DNA of 64,000 nucleotides from Acutalibacteraceae bacterium (lineage in GTDB: Bacteria > Bacillota > Clostridia > Oscillospirales > Acutalibacteraceae): contig JAZNSZ010000018.1 of NCBI GenBank assembly GCA_045591465.1, positions 5,730 through 69,729 on the forward strand, written 5' to 3'. Shown here one piece after another: positions 27,097 to 37,926 of the stretch. Position 1 is the stretch's first letter. Every line of letters begins with the position of its first letter. The notes below the pieces were generated by a model. The model had not been told where the DNA came from, did not search any database, and saw only the letters and a list, made by a program, of their open reading frames with translations. The position numbers and the translations under genes are program-made.

Positions 27097-30000
27097 ATGA
27101 AAAAGTTAAAAATATTTTTAAATGACTTAGACCGAAAAAAATTCAATAATATTTCAAAAAGAATTATTTCGGTAGTGCTCGCTGCAACGGTTGTTATTTC
27201 AATATTTGGGCTTTCCAATATTTTTTCTTCAGCGGAAGGCACTATTCCAAATTACCCGTTGCTAAAGTACTTTGAAGATGGCAGTGCGCCTTCTTCAGAA
27301 AGCCCTTGGAAGTTTGGTATTAAGGATTATGGCGTAAAGCCCTTTTTTGCCGAAATAACCGACGGCTACAAAGCGCCTATTGCTGTTTGGGACGCTAACG
27401 ACAGCAAGGCTAATATTAGTTGGGATGCATACACCGATGCTACCGGTTATACCCTTAACATTTACGAAGGCACTACACTTTTACATACCGAAGACCTTAC
27501 AGCCACCACTTGGTCTTCAGGGGCAGACGGTAAAATCGAGGGCGGAAAAACCTACGATATTCAGGTTTTAGCGCTTGATTCTTCTAATAAAGTGATTGCC
27601 GCAACAGCTATTTGCACATTTAATGTGATACAAGCGGCTGGTAATACTACAAGTATTATACAAAATTTTAGTGATGCTACTGTTGTTGATAGCATTACTT
27701 TGGCTAAACATTATCCCAGAAAGTCAATTAACTCTGACGGACAGTTGGTTATTGGCACCACGGCAAATGGTACTTGGGGTGCAGCTACTATACCCGGTGA
27801 TATCAGATGCGATAACGCAAAGGCTGTTACTTTCTTTGTAAAGGCACAAGAAGGTTTAGCATATCAATTTAAGATTGGTTTCGATACTGATTACGCGGGT
27901 AGCGGCAAGTCGGCAGATGCTTATGTTGTGTCTGCAGCAAATCCAAACAATTATATTAGTTCAACCGTTACTTCAACTACAAGTTCAAAAGGTTTTAATG
28001 TAGCGTTTACTGATAAAACTTACGCGGAATACACTGATGGATATTATGTTATAATCCCGTTAAGTATTTACGCGGACGCTACTTTTGGAAAAATCGCAAG
28101 CGGCGGTTATTCTAATTTCTATTTGTCAATTCGAGAGCCTTTTGCTAAGGATGGCAGCGGTCAGTATACTACTTCCGTTTTCGATGGTTCTGACATAATT
28201 GTTGACGATATCGCATTTATTTCCGATATTGATTTATTTATCGAAGATTTGCAAAAAGCAAACAACCCTGGTGGTGGAAGTTCGGATGAAGACGATGAAT
28301 CAACTTCTACCGTAAATAAAAACGAAGTAATCGGTGTAGTTTATGCTGATAAGTTTGAAAACAATAAACTTACAAATGAAGTAGCAGGAACCGGATATAA
28401 CTTTTATGATGAGAATTCTTCGCGTCAAGTAACATTTAATGCTACTTCCGAAGGTTCAAAAGATATCGGCGCACAACTTCGTTTTGTTGCACCTGAAAAA
28501 GGGCTTTATGATTTATCCGGCGCGTTGAGAGTTAAGGATAACGGCGGTGCTACCGATGCTACTGTAAAATACCGCGTTATTAAGATCGATTCTAAAGGTC
28601 AAGAAACTGTTGTATGGGCTAATAATTCAGGCAACTGGGCTACCGGTGATATTACATCCGAAAACCTTACCCCTGCTTTTGCATTCCCTGCAGCTCAGGT
28701 TAGTCTTAATAAGGATGAAGTATTAGCGATAGAAACCTATGTGCACTCAAATGACGGCACAGCCGCTAATGTTGAGTTATCTTTCGGTAACCCAACAACC
28801 ACAGTGGTTGAAGGAACTGTAACATACAAGGGATCTTCTGTTACATATCCGTTTGGCAATTATGCTATAGCAGCGATAAGTGATGGAACTTGGGAGTACA
28901 AGCAACAAACTTCTCGTTGGGAATCGGTTATGTTACATAACGATAACGGCATAGTTACTCATTCTGAATTTGGTGCATTTAAAGTAGATAATGCCAATTA
29001 TGTATTCAACAACGCTCCTACCGGAAAGATAGGTTATTACTACACACCAAAAACAACTGCTTCTCAAATGAAGTTTGATTTAGGTCGTGGCAATTATGGT
29101 GTAGCATTAAAATTCTCTGCACCAACAAGCGGTAATGCTACTATTTTAGTACCAATGCGTGGATATAGCGGAGGCACAATTAAATATCGCGTTACTAAAA
29201 ACGGCGCAACAATTCATCCGGCTGATGCTGCTTGGGCTCCCGTATCTAATAATGATATTGACTTAGCGGTAGATTGTGGTGTAAAAGCTAATGATGTTAT
29301 TGCTATTGAGTTTTACAGTACCAGCAGTGCCAAAGAAGAATTTACATTATCGGATGCTCCGTCAGTTGCAATTTCGGATGGCAGCAGTGCAAACGCACTT
29401 GGAGATAAAACCTTCTCGCCTTTGTGGGAAAGACCGTATAACGGAAATAATTATAGTGGAGAAATTGCTGTTCCTGTAGGTGCGGTATGGAATTTTGGTC
29501 TTTATAATGTTTCAAGCAAAACCGTTGAAGCAGTTGATTTCTATAATTCTAGCAAAAAGATGCTCTATAAAGACGGCATTGCTGATGTTGGATATGTATT
29601 TGAAGATGAACAGCTGAAATTTATTTCCAACGATAGTTACGGTTTATCGCTTTCATATGCTGCCCTCACAAGCGGTTATTATGATTTCAGTACCGCGCTT
29701 AATATCTTGCAAGGAAGCGGAACACTTTATGCAAGGGTTATGGTTGGCGGCAAGAAAGTATGGCCCGAAAGTGAGGATTGGTTCACCGCTGAAAACGCAA
29801 ATGGCACATTCGATGCTATTGAAGTAGGCGTTGAAGCGGGACAGGAAATTGTTCTTCAAGCGTATACTAAGCTTACTGCGGGAGAACAAAATACATCGGG
29901 ACAACCAGCAGACCCAATGGTAATAGGTTTGGGTGCACCTGTTGTTCAGTGTCTTGAAAACCGTGTATTTACCGAAACTGGTAATACGACAGATTATATC

Positions 30001-32721
30001 CCTGCTGATTATACCGCTTTCGAAGATGGTTATAACGGCGAATATATTAAACTTAATTCTCGTTTTATGTATAGCATCAATGGTAGCGATATTTCGTCTA
30101 TCGATGCTAAAAACAAAAAACTTTCTGTAGATAGTGATAATTATTTTAAATTTACAGATGATGTTTTGACAGTAAATCTAGCTGCCGGAAGCAATGCTAA
30201 AATAGTATTCACTTCCCCTATGGTTGGAAACGGAACTTTGGCACTTGCTAAAAGCTTGGTTTCAGGTAATGCCGAATTCAAACTTTTAAAAGGAACAAAT
30301 ACTTTATTCGATTGGACATCTACTTTACCTGAAACAACCGAAATTTCAGCACAAAAAAATGATGTATTCACTTTAGAAATTCGTACTGAAAACGGTGCAG
30401 AAGTTAAGTTTGATACATTTAGCGTTTTAATGTTAGGTAAACATAATAACGCTAATGCTGCAACCGACGATGGATTCTATGCTATACATGCTAATCCTTA
30501 CGGTGATCAGCTGTATGAAGGTAAGTATAAGAAGACCGATGCAAGTTTCTGGAATTTTGATTTCTACAATGTAGAAGATGATGAAATTGTAAATTCTAAC
30601 TACTATAATTCAAAAAACAAATCTCTCTCCTATTCAAAAGTTGAAGATTTAGCCTACTATTTCGGCACGAAAGAGCTTACTGCTGACATTAATTTTGCTG
30701 AAAAGCATGGTTTAGCGCTTGGCTTTACTGCACCACGTAGGGATGTATTTAATGCCCGCATGGGACTTCGACTTACTACAGCAGGTGCTACTGCTAAGGT
30801 TGCTGTTAGAATAAATATAATTTCTGCTTCGGACGGAAAAACCAATCAAATTTGGCCTGCTGACGGTTCATGGTATGAACAGGAACTTAAAACAAATAAC
30901 GATATTGCAATTCCTTATGTAGAGTATGATCTTGAAAAAGGTGATACTGTATATGTTGAAATTTATGCTAAAGATAGCGATGTTAATGTTCTTAATTTCA
31001 ACCTTGTTTCACCGGCGTTCTTCAAAGAAAATACTATGCAATTTTCACATGTAGATGTCTCTGCTAAGCTTTATCCTGCAGCTAGTTATAGTCCGGGTGG
31101 ACGCATAGGTAACTATAGCGGTGTTCATATTCCAATGCAAAACCGTTGGAATTTCCAAGTTGCTGAAGTTGAAGTTGAAAATGAAGAAATTTCCTTCAAT
31201 TTGTTTGATTTTGATTCTGTAAATAGTGGCGTTAAACAAGATATTCTCTACTATTCTCCTAATGGAAACAGCCATAGGTATGTTTTCCTTTCAAAATCAT
31301 TTACAGTTGCTTCTTGCTTAACACCAGAAAAGAACTTCGGTGCGGTTTATGATTTCATTGCGCCTTCAACAAATACATTTAACATTAATGCACCGATATC
31401 TATTAGTGCTGTTCCTATTGAAAATGCAGCGCTTAAGTATAGTATTGTTAAGGTAAGTGCTATTGACGGCACTGAGACTATAGTATGGCCTAATGATGGC
31501 GAAAATGAGTGGGAAGTACTTGATAATACTAAATTGGGTTCTGAATGTACAGATATTAATGTGGATGCTAATGTTGGCGATAAATTTGTATTTAGGACCT
31601 ATTGGGATGTAGATGAAGATTCTTTAAATCAGTATTTTGCTGAAAAAACAGATAAAAAATGGTTCCCAGTGTACACTGCAACCCCCACTATCACTATGAT
31701 TGAGTCTATAAACGATACGAGAACGAACTTCTCGTCCTCAGCGCAGTTCATTAACGAATATCTTATAAGTCCTTTCTGGCGTGTTGAATATTCAATGGAT
31801 TCTGATAATATTGTATGGAAACCCGCAACTTTATACTCGAGCAATCATTGGAGACCGGCGGAAGATACCAATATGGGTATTAGTAATAAAGGACGTTATA
31901 TGATTAATAACCCTGGCGGTGTACGCGGTGATATGAAACCGGCTCTTGCACTTAAGTTTACCCCGCTAAAAAGCGGTAATATTATTTTAACAAACAAAGA
32001 AGCTTCAATTTACGAAAAATCTTCATCTGAAGGATGCGATGTTGAAATTAGAATTACCCATAATGGCGCCAATATATATCCTGAGCAAGGTTGGCTTAGA
32101 CTTACAATGGGAGATAAAGCAGAGTTTAACAATATTGATTTCGAGGTTAGCGAAGGTGACGAAGTTCGCTTTGAAATGAGATTAGTTGAACCTTTGCCCA
32201 CTGATAATATAGTATATCTCTCTTGGGAACCTACTTTTTCTATGGGTGGATATAAGAATATTTATACTTCTACTACTGATATTTACAATTTGCTTGATGC
32301 AGATACCTATGCTATGTTCAAGGAAATGGGTAATAACGGCGAGTTTGACCAAGACCTTGCGGCAAATAAGATTCTTTCAGAAAAGATTAAGGTCGAAATG
32401 GAAAATCTCGGTAAATTTGATAGTGAAACTGACGACGAGCAACAAATACAAGATATTCCGTCTGATGAGATAATTGATGATTCTGGCGATGAATATTTTG
32501 AAGAGGATTTTGATGAGAGCGTTACCGACGAGTATACCGAATGGACGGAAGAAGTTGTTACACCTGGTGGTAAATGGCGTAAGGTGATTCGTCGTTATGT
32601 TACTGCATGGTGGGTATATGCTCTTATTATAGCAGGTGCTGTGCTCATAGTAGCTGCTGTTGTTGTTACTTTGATTATACTTCGCAAAAAGGGTAAAATT
32701 GGAAAAAGTAGACATAAATAA
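27097..32721 (+). CDS. Giant (1874 aa) cell-surface protein: signal peptide, Fn3-like region, seven 175-210-aa repeat modules, acidic stalk, C-terminal TM anchor
   Basis: The motif F-x-(A/S)P-x-SG recurs at about aa 462, 672, 853, 1036, 1209, 1419 and 1620. The C-terminus is WWVYALIIAGAVLIVAAVVVTLIILRKKGK. Confidence 0.7.
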   Translation: MKKLKIFLNDLDRKKFNNISKRIISVVLAATVVISIFGLSNIFSSAEGTIPNYPLLKYFEDGSAPSSESPWKFGIKDYGVKPFFAEITDGYKAPIAVWDANDSKANISWDAYTDATGYTLNIYEGTTLLHTEDLTATTWSSGADGKIEGGKTYDIQVLALDSSNKVIAATAICTFNVIQAAGNTTSIIQNFSDATVVDSITLAKHYPRKSINSDGQLVIGTTANGTWGAATIPGDIRCDNAKAVTFFVKAQEGLAYQFKIGFDTDYAGSGKSADAYVVSAANPNNYISSTVTSTTSSKGFNVAFTDKTYAEYTDGYYVIIPLSIYADATFGKIASGGYSNFYLSIREPFAKDGSGQYTTSVFDGSDIIVDDIAFISDIDLFIEDLQKANNPGGGSSDEDDESTSTVNKNEVIGVVYADKFENNKLTNEVAGTGYNFYDENSSRQVTFNATSEGSKDIGAQLRFVAPEKGLYDLSGALRVKDNGGATDATVKYRVIKIDSKGQETVVWANNSGNWATGDITSENLTPAFAFPAAQVSLNKDEVLAIETYVHSNDGTAANVELSFGNPTTTVVEGTVTYKGSSVTYPFGNYAIAAISDGTWEYKQQTSRWESVMLHNDNGIVTHSEFGAFKVDNANYVFNNAPTGKIGYYYTPKTTASQMKFDLGRGNYGVALKFSAPTSGNATILVPMRGYSGGTIKYRVTKNGATIHPADAAWAPVSNNDIDLAVDCGVKANDVIAIEFYSTSSAKEEFTLSDAPSVAISDGSSANALGDKTFSPLWERPYNGNNYSGEIAVPVGAVWNFGLYNVSSKTVEAVDFYNSSKKMLYKDGIADVGYVFEDEQLKFISNDSYGLSLSYAALTSGYYDFSTALNILQGSGTLYARVMVGGKKVWPESEDWFTAENANGTFDAIEVGVEAGQEIVLQAYTKLTAGEQNTSGQPADPMVIGLGAPVVQCLENRVFTETGNTTDYIPADYTAFEDGYNGEYIKLNSRFMYSINGSDISSIDAKNKKLSVDSDNYFKFTDDVLTVNLAAGSNAKIVFTSPMVGNGTLALAKSLVSGNAEFKLLKGTNTLFDWTSTLPETTEISAQKNDVFTLEIRTENGAEVKFDTFSVLMLGKHNNANAATDDGFYAIHANPYGDQLYEGKYKKTDASFWNFDFYNVEDDEIVNSNYYNSKNKSLSYSKVEDLAYYFGTKELTADINFAEKHGLALGFTAPRRDVFNARMGLRLTTAGATAKVAVRINIISASDGKTNQIWPADGSWYEQELKTNNDIAIPYVEYDLEKGDTVYVEIYAKDSDVNVLNFNLVSPAFFKENTMQFSHVDVSAKLYPAASYSPGGRIGNYSGVHIPMQNRWNFQVAEVEVENEEISFNLFDFDSVNSGVKQDILYYSPNGNSHRYVFLSKSFTVASCLTPEKNFGAVYDFIAPSTNTFNINAPISISAVPIENAALKYSIVKVSAIDGTETIVWPNDGENEWEVLDNTKLGSECTDINVDANVGDKFVFRTYWDVDEDSLNQYFAEKTDKKWFPVYTATPTITMIESINDTRTNFSSSAQFINEYLISPFWRVEYSMDSDNIVWKPATLYSSNHWRPAEDTNMGISNKGRYMINNPGGVRGDMKPALALKFTPLKSGNIILTNKEASIYEKSSSEGCDVEIRITHNGANIYPEQGWLRLTMGDKAEFNNIDFEVSEGDEVRFEMRLVEPLPTDNIVYLSWEPTFSMGGYKNIYTSTTDIYNLLDADTYAMFKEMGNNGEFDQDLAANKILSEKIKVEMENLGKFDSETDDEQQIQDIPSDEIIDDSGDEYFEEDFDESVTDEYTEWTEEVVTPGGKWRKVIRRYVTAWWVYALIIAGAVLIVAAVVVTLIILRKKGKIGKSRHK

Positions 32722-32745
32722 AAAGGTTTTAGGAGGAACAGAATA

Positions 32746-34221
32746 ATGAAAAAAACATTTAGCAGAGCTTTTGCCGTTGTTATTGCGCTTGCGCTCACAT
32801 TAACTGCTGCAGGATGCGGTACTCGTGTTGAAGAACAGAGTGTTTGGGTTGAGGGTGAAGATACCGTACAAACCATTACCCATTCAAGCGGTACAAATTC
32901 TGGCGGTACAAATTCCGGCGGTACAAATTCCGGTGATAAAAATTCCGGTAGTTCTAAAAAAGAAACGGTTTCTACCAACTCTGACGGTATAACCAATGTT
33001 GAAGGTATAGATAAAACTAATGACAAAAAATACAATCTCAAAGGTGCTACTGTTACGATTGGTTACTACAAAGCAGGTGATGGCGGTAAGCCAAATCCTT
33101 CTACCAGCACATATCAAGATGAAGTTAAACTTATAAGTGAAATTGAAAAGAAGTATAATTGTAAAATAGAATTTAAAGATGCTGGCGCTACTGGTTCAAC
33201 TCAATTTTATGGTCTTTGGACCGCAGCTGCTCAGGCAGGTACAAAATTCTGTGATATACTTCAGATTTCAACAGCTGTTGTTTTCCCGACACATATGAAG
33301 GCGGGTTACTTGACAAAGCTTGATGGTTATCTTGATTTGGATAGCGTTATTTATAATCAAACTGCTATGAAACAAACTGCAATCAAAGGTAAACATTATA
33401 TAACAGTTATGTCTAACCGTTTGTATGATACTTTTGGATTCTATTATAACCGTAAGATTTTTGATGCTTTTGGTGTTGATTACCCTGACAAGTATGTAAA
33501 AGCTAACAAGTGGACTTGGGATACATTCGTTGAAATAGCTAAGATAATGACCAATTCTAAGAACGGTGTTCAATACTATGGTTATGCATATCAGAAGAGT
33601 GACGGCGGCAGATGGGCAACTTCTAACGGCACACAAAGAATCATAGAGAAAAACGGAAAATATATATTCAATATGGGTTCCGAAAGCTATCTTAAGGCTC
33701 TCGATTTCACATATGATCTATACAACGTGCATAAGGTTGTCGGAGGTAACTGGGAAGAAGGTAGCGCAGCTATGGTATTCGGTCGACCGAACTTTGGCGC
33801 AGGTTACATGGAATCCTTAGGTGCTAACAACGTTGGCTTTACCTATGCACCAAAGGGCCCAGATGCTAAAGATTTTAATGTAGCAGTTACTGAAACAACT
33901 TCTTGGGCTATCCCATCAACAGTTAAGAATCCTGAAGTTATGGCTAAAATCTTGTACGATTTGACCTATCCTTACAAATGGCGTCGTACACTCTTAGAAC
34001 AACAGGAAGGTAACTTCAACGATTCAACCTCTTTGGAGGTAGCAATGGATATTTGCGTAAAGGGTAATGAAAATATCCGTCTCGAACCTTTGTATTCTTA
34101 TATTCGTGAAATTTCACTTTCCGGTTTCGGTATCGAAGCAGGATTAGAAAGACCCCGCGGATATATTGAAAGTGTTGCAAGTGAAGCACAGGCAGAACTT
34201 GATTCTATTTGGGGTCAGTAA
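32746..34221 (+). CDS. ABC transporter substrate-binding lipoprotein (family 1 type)
   Basis: Lipobox LTAAGC, a Gly/Ser/Asn linker, and an overall SBP-like sequence. Confidence 0.75.
   Translation: MKKTFSRAFAVVIALALTLTAAGCGTRVEEQSVWVEGEDTVQTITHSSGTNSGGTNSGGTNSGDKNSGSSKKETVSTNSDGITNVEGIDKTNDKKYNLKGATVTIGYYKAGDGGKPNPSTSTYQDEVKLISEIEKKYNCKIEFKDAGATGSTQFYGLWTAAAQAGTKFCDILQISTAVVFPTHMKAGYLTKLDGYLDLDSVIYNQTAMKQTAIKGKHYITVMSNRLYDTFGFYYNRKIFDAFGVDYPDKYVKANKWTWDTFVEIAKIMTNSKNGVQYYGYAYQKSDGGRWATSNGTQRIIEKNGKYIFNMGSESYLKALDFTYDLYNVHKVVGGNWEEGSAAMVFGRPNFGAGYMESLGANNVGFTYAPKGPDAKDFNVAVTETTSWAIPSTVKNPEVMAKILYDLTYPYKWRRTLLEQQEGNFNDSTSLEVAMDICVKGNENIRLEPLYSYIREISLSGFGIEAGLERPRGYIESVASEAQAELDSIWGQ
32888..32950 (+). 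repeat. In-frame 15-bp tandem repeat encoding (GTNSG)n in the SBP linker
   Basis: GGCGGTACAAATTCC x3, plus degenerate flanking copies. Confidence 0.8.
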
Positions 34222-34246
34222 ATCAGTAAAGTAAAGAGGTCTTGTT

Positions 34247-37009
34247 ATGAGGGACAATAAAACGATAAGATTGACGGCGTTATTTATAGCGGTAGTGATG
34301 CTTTTTAGTATCGCTTTGCCTTGCAGTGCTGAAAAAATTACAACTGTGGGTGACTCACAGGAAAATAATACTAACTCAACCCATGGTGATATCGTTTTCA
34401 TAGATTATATTTCATCATATTCTGATGCGGAATATCCCGAAAAATCTATAACGGTCCTCAATGATGAGAAATCTTTAAAAGAAAATCAAACCCTTGAAAT
34501 CCAATTTGATATTAACCAAAGCGGCTTATACGCCGCTTTGGTGGAATATCGTATTCCAAAAGCGTATGCTTTTACACCGGTTATTTCCTTAGCAATTGAT
34601 GGAGAATTTCCGTATTATGAGGCATCACAAATAGGATTGCCCCAAATTTTTAAAGATACAAAACCTGTTGATAAAAATCAGGTAGAATTGCCTGAACAGG
34701 AAGCGGTATTAGAATATCAAACTCGTTATCTCTTTGATACCGTTGGTTATTATGGTGGATTATTAGAGTTTTACCTCGAAAAAGGCACACATAAACTTAC
34801 TATCGGTGTTGATACAGGTTCGATTGATATTAAATCAATCGTATTTGAAAAATATGATTCCCCAGAAGAATACAAAGCTCCTGAGGGAACCAAATATTCA
34901 GGGGAACCAATTTACATAGAGGCAGAAACACCGACATATAAATCAGATTCTTCGGTTTTTGCAGTGCATGATGCATCATCGCCTGCTGTTAGCCCTTCTT
35001 CCCCATATTCAAAATATCTTAATTCCATTGGAGGAACTTCATGGAAGAATATAGGACAGTATGTTGAATGGGAATTTACTGTTCCTAGCGACGGACTTTA
35101 TAGTCTCGCAATTAAATACCGTCAGAATGAAAATGTCGGTTTAAACAGTTATCGCCGTATACTTATTGACGGTGCGGTTCCATACAAGGAACTTGAAGAA
35201 TATAAATTTGAATACACCAGTACCTTTGTAAATGAAACGCTTTCAGCCAATGGCGAAGCAATGTTATTCCCGCTTAAAAAGGGTAAGCACACAATTCGCA
35301 TGGAGGTTGTTATTGGCGAAAATTCATCGGTACTTCCTTATATAAATGGTATTATAAATACCCTTACTAATGACTATAGACGCATTGTAATGATCGTTGG
35401 TACTTCACCTGATTCTTTGCGTGATTATCAATTAGAAAGCACAATTCCCGAAACACTTGAATCTTTGCAAGAACAATGTAAACTTTTAGAGCAATTAAGA
35501 GACAAGTTGGAAGGTATTTCAGGCAGTAGTTCTGCCGGAACAAAGGCCATGTCAGCCTTAATAGAGCAGTTGAAGGGATTTGCTGTAGATTCCTACTATA
35601 TAACAAAAGGACTTTCTTCCTTTAAATCAAATATTTCTACTCTTAGCACATGGATGTTAAACGCAAAATCACAACCGCTTAAAATCGATTATTCTGTTGT
35701 TTGTGCTGATGAGTCTGATATAAAAGATGCAGAATCAGGATTTTTCGAATCAATGTTGTTTAACATAAAAGCGTTTTTCTTCACTTTTTCGAGTGATTAT
35801 TTGCAAAACACTTTGAGCACAAACAAGAAAAATTCAATTTCGCTTTGGATTACGGGAAGTGCTACCGGTTACGATATTACACAACAGTTAATTCGTGATT
35901 CGTTTAATAAGGAACATCCTGAAATCGAAGTAAATGTACGTCTTGTTGCAGATAGTATTACTCATGGTATTCTTTCGGGTAAAGGCCCAGACCTTAATTT
36001 AGGCGGCTCACCAAGTGAAATCATGAACTATGCTTTCCGTAAACAAGTTGTTGATTTGACAAGATTCGATGATTTTGAAGAGGTGCTTAAACAGTTCCCC
36101 GCATGTTCGATTGACGGTATGCGTTGGGAAGATGCTGTTTATGGTCTTCCGGAAACACAAACCATGCCGATGATCTTCTACCGTAAAGATATTTTAGAAG
36201 AAATGAATCTTGATATACCTGAAACATGGGACGACATTGTTTACTTAATGTCTATGCTTAAAAAGAGCAATCTTGAGTTCGGTATCCCGTATGGTAGCGG
36301 TACATTTATAACTATGATGTATCAACTCGGCGGCACACTTTATAACGAAAAAAATACCGCTACTGCGCTTACCACCTCGGCAGCTATAGAGGCATTTACT
36401 AAATATACAAGTTTTTATACTGATTATAGCGCACCGCTCGCTTATAATGAACAAAACCGTTTCAGGGCAGGCGAAATGCCAATATTATTAGCAAACTTGG
36501 CGTTTTATAATACACTTGAAACATTAGCACCTGAAATTAATGGCAAATGGGGCATAGCTCCATATCCTTGTACCAAACGTGCGGACGGTACACTTGACGG
36601 CACACTCGCTATAGATGTTACAGGTAACTATATACTTAACGAAGAAAAGGCAGATCTCTGTTGGGAATTCTTAAAATGGTGGGTTAGCACTGAAACACAA
36701 TATACATACAGTAATAGACTTGAAATGGCCATTGGTCGTTCAGCACGTCGTATACCTGCCAATACCGAAGCATTAAAGAAACTCGGATGGAACGAAGAAG
36801 TTATCAAAATGATAGATCTTTATCAAGATAGATTTTATGAGTTGCCAAACCTCCCCGGTAGTTACTTCACCGGTCGTCATTTAACAAATGCTTTGGCACG
36901 TGTTGTATATAGCGGAGATGTTCCCGGTGATGCTCTTATGCAGTATGCTGCTATAATCGATGCAGAACTTGAATACCGCCGTGAATATTTCGGTTTCGGT
37001 AAAGAATAG
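34247..37009 (+). CDS. Large secreted protein: CBM6/35-like modules fused to a C-terminal ABC substrate-binding domain
   Basis: Signal peptide. GQYVEWEFTVPSDGLYSLAIKYRQ...ILIDG is typical of CBM6/35. The C-terminal 400 aa resemble a family 1 SBP. Confidence 0.65.
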   Translation: MRDNKTIRLTALFIAVVMLFSIALPCSAEKITTVGDSQENNTNSTHGDIVFIDYISSYSDAEYPEKSITVLNDEKSLKENQTLEIQFDINQSGLYAALVEYRIPKAYAFTPVISLAIDGEFPYYEASQIGLPQIFKDTKPVDKNQVELPEQEAVLEYQTRYLFDTVGYYGGLLEFYLEKGTHKLTIGVDTGSIDIKSIVFEKYDSPEEYKAPEGTKYSGEPIYIEAETPTYKSDSSVFAVHDASSPAVSPSSPYSKYLNSIGGTSWKNIGQYVEWEFTVPSDGLYSLAIKYRQNENVGLNSYRRILIDGAVPYKELEEYKFEYTSTFVNETLSANGEAMLFPLKKGKHTIRMEVVIGENSSVLPYINGIINTLTNDYRRIVMIVGTSPDSLRDYQLESTIPETLESLQEQCKLLEQLRDKLEGISGSSSAGTKAMSALIEQLKGFAVDSYYITKGLSSFKSNISTLSTWMLNAKSQPLKIDYSVVCADESDIKDAESGFFESMLFNIKAFFFTFSSDYLQNTLSTNKKNSISLWITGSATGYDITQQLIRDSFNKEHPEIEVNVRLVADSITHGILSGKGPDLNLGGSPSEIMNYAFRKQVVDLTRFDDFEEVLKQFPACSIDGMRWEDAVYGLPETQTMPMIFYRKDILEEMNLDIPETWDDIVYLMSMLKKSNLEFGIPYGSGTFITMMYQLGGTLYNEKNTATALTTSAAIEAFTKYTSFYTDYSAPLAYNEQNRFRAGEMPILLANLAFYNTLETLAPEINGKWGIAPYPCTKRADGTLDGTLAIDVTGNYILNEEKADLCWEFLKWWVSTETQYTYSNRLEMAIGRSARRIPANTEALKKLGWNEEVIKMIDLYQDRFYELPNLPGSYFTGRHLTNALARVVYSGDVPGDALMQYAAIIDAELEYRREYFGFGKE

Positions 37010-37019
37010 AAAGGAGTGA

Positions 37020-37922
37020 ATGGAATTGTATACTAAATTGAAAAAAGGCTTTAAAAAACATAGAATGTCAATTCTATTTGCTTTACCTTTTTTAACATTG
37101 TTTTTCATATTTACTGTTGTTCCTGTGCTTATGGCGTTGGGATTAAGTTTCACAAAATACGACGTGTTACAACCGCCGGAATTTGTAGGCATAAAGAATT
37201 ATCTTATGCTTTTCCTTGAAGATGATGTATTTATTACAGCGGTTAAGAACACAGTTCTGTTTGCTTGTATATATGCACCGCTTTCCATGATTGCATGTAT
37301 GGGTGTTGCGTGGATAATTAACGATTATTCGCATAAGACCAGAACTGTTCTTACCTTTGTTTTCTATGCCCCCTCACTTTCGGGTGGTATGATGGCTATA
37401 TGGGGAATTTTGCTTAGCGGCGACGCTTATGGTGTTGTTAATAATGTGTTGATGAGTCTTGGACTAATATCTTCACCGAACCAATGGCTTACAAACCCCA
37501 AATATATGTTTACAATACTTATTATCGTATCCCTTTGGGGATGCCTGGGAACAGGATTTTTGTCCTTCGTTGCAGCGTTTAAGGGACTTGATGTTTCTCT
37601 TTACGAAGCTGCTGCTATGGACGGTATAAAAAATCGTGTTCAGGAACTTTGGTATATTACATTACCTGCACTTAAACCACAACTTATATTTACAGCGCTT
37701 ACTTCTATTACAGGTGGTTTTGGCGTAGGTGGTGTTAGTAGCGCACTCTTTGGGAACCCCAGTACTAACTACGCAGCACATACTATTGCTTTGCATATGC
37801 AAGATTATGCAGGAACAAGAATGGACCACGGTGTAGCTTGCGTTATGGCGGTTATATTATTCTTTATGATGGTTGGTTCAAATAATCTTTTCCGTAAGTT
37901 TGTCGGAAGAATAGGAAGGTAA
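37020..37922 (+). CDS. Sugar ABC transporter permease (MalF/LplB type)
   Basis: Six TM segments and an EAA-like loop (YEAAAMDGIKNRVQELWYITLP). Confidence 0.9.
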   Translation: MELYTKLKKGFKKHRMSILFALPFLTLFFIFTVVPVLMALGLSFTKYDVLQPPEFVGIKNYLMLFLEDDVFITAVKNTVLFACIYAPLSMIACMGVAWIINDYSHKTRTVLTFVFYAPSLSGGMMAIWGILLSGDAYGVVNNVLMSLGLISSPNQWLTNPKYMFTILIIVSLWGCLGTGFLSFVAAFKGLDVSLYEAAAMDGIKNRVQELWYITLPALKPQLIFTALTSITGGFGVGGVSSALFGNPSTNYAAHTIALHMQDYAGTRMDHGVACVMAVILFFMMVGSNNLFRKFVGRIGR

Positions 37923-37926
37923 CGGT

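Noticed and set aside
32888-32950. Checked short tandem repeats (32888-32950 and 45658-45711) and the hairpin array at 63312-63484 for CRISPR-like organisation.
   Set aside because: The repeats are 9-15 bp, contiguous, without spacers, and in-frame within coding regions. The hairpins are all different sequences. There are no cas genes.
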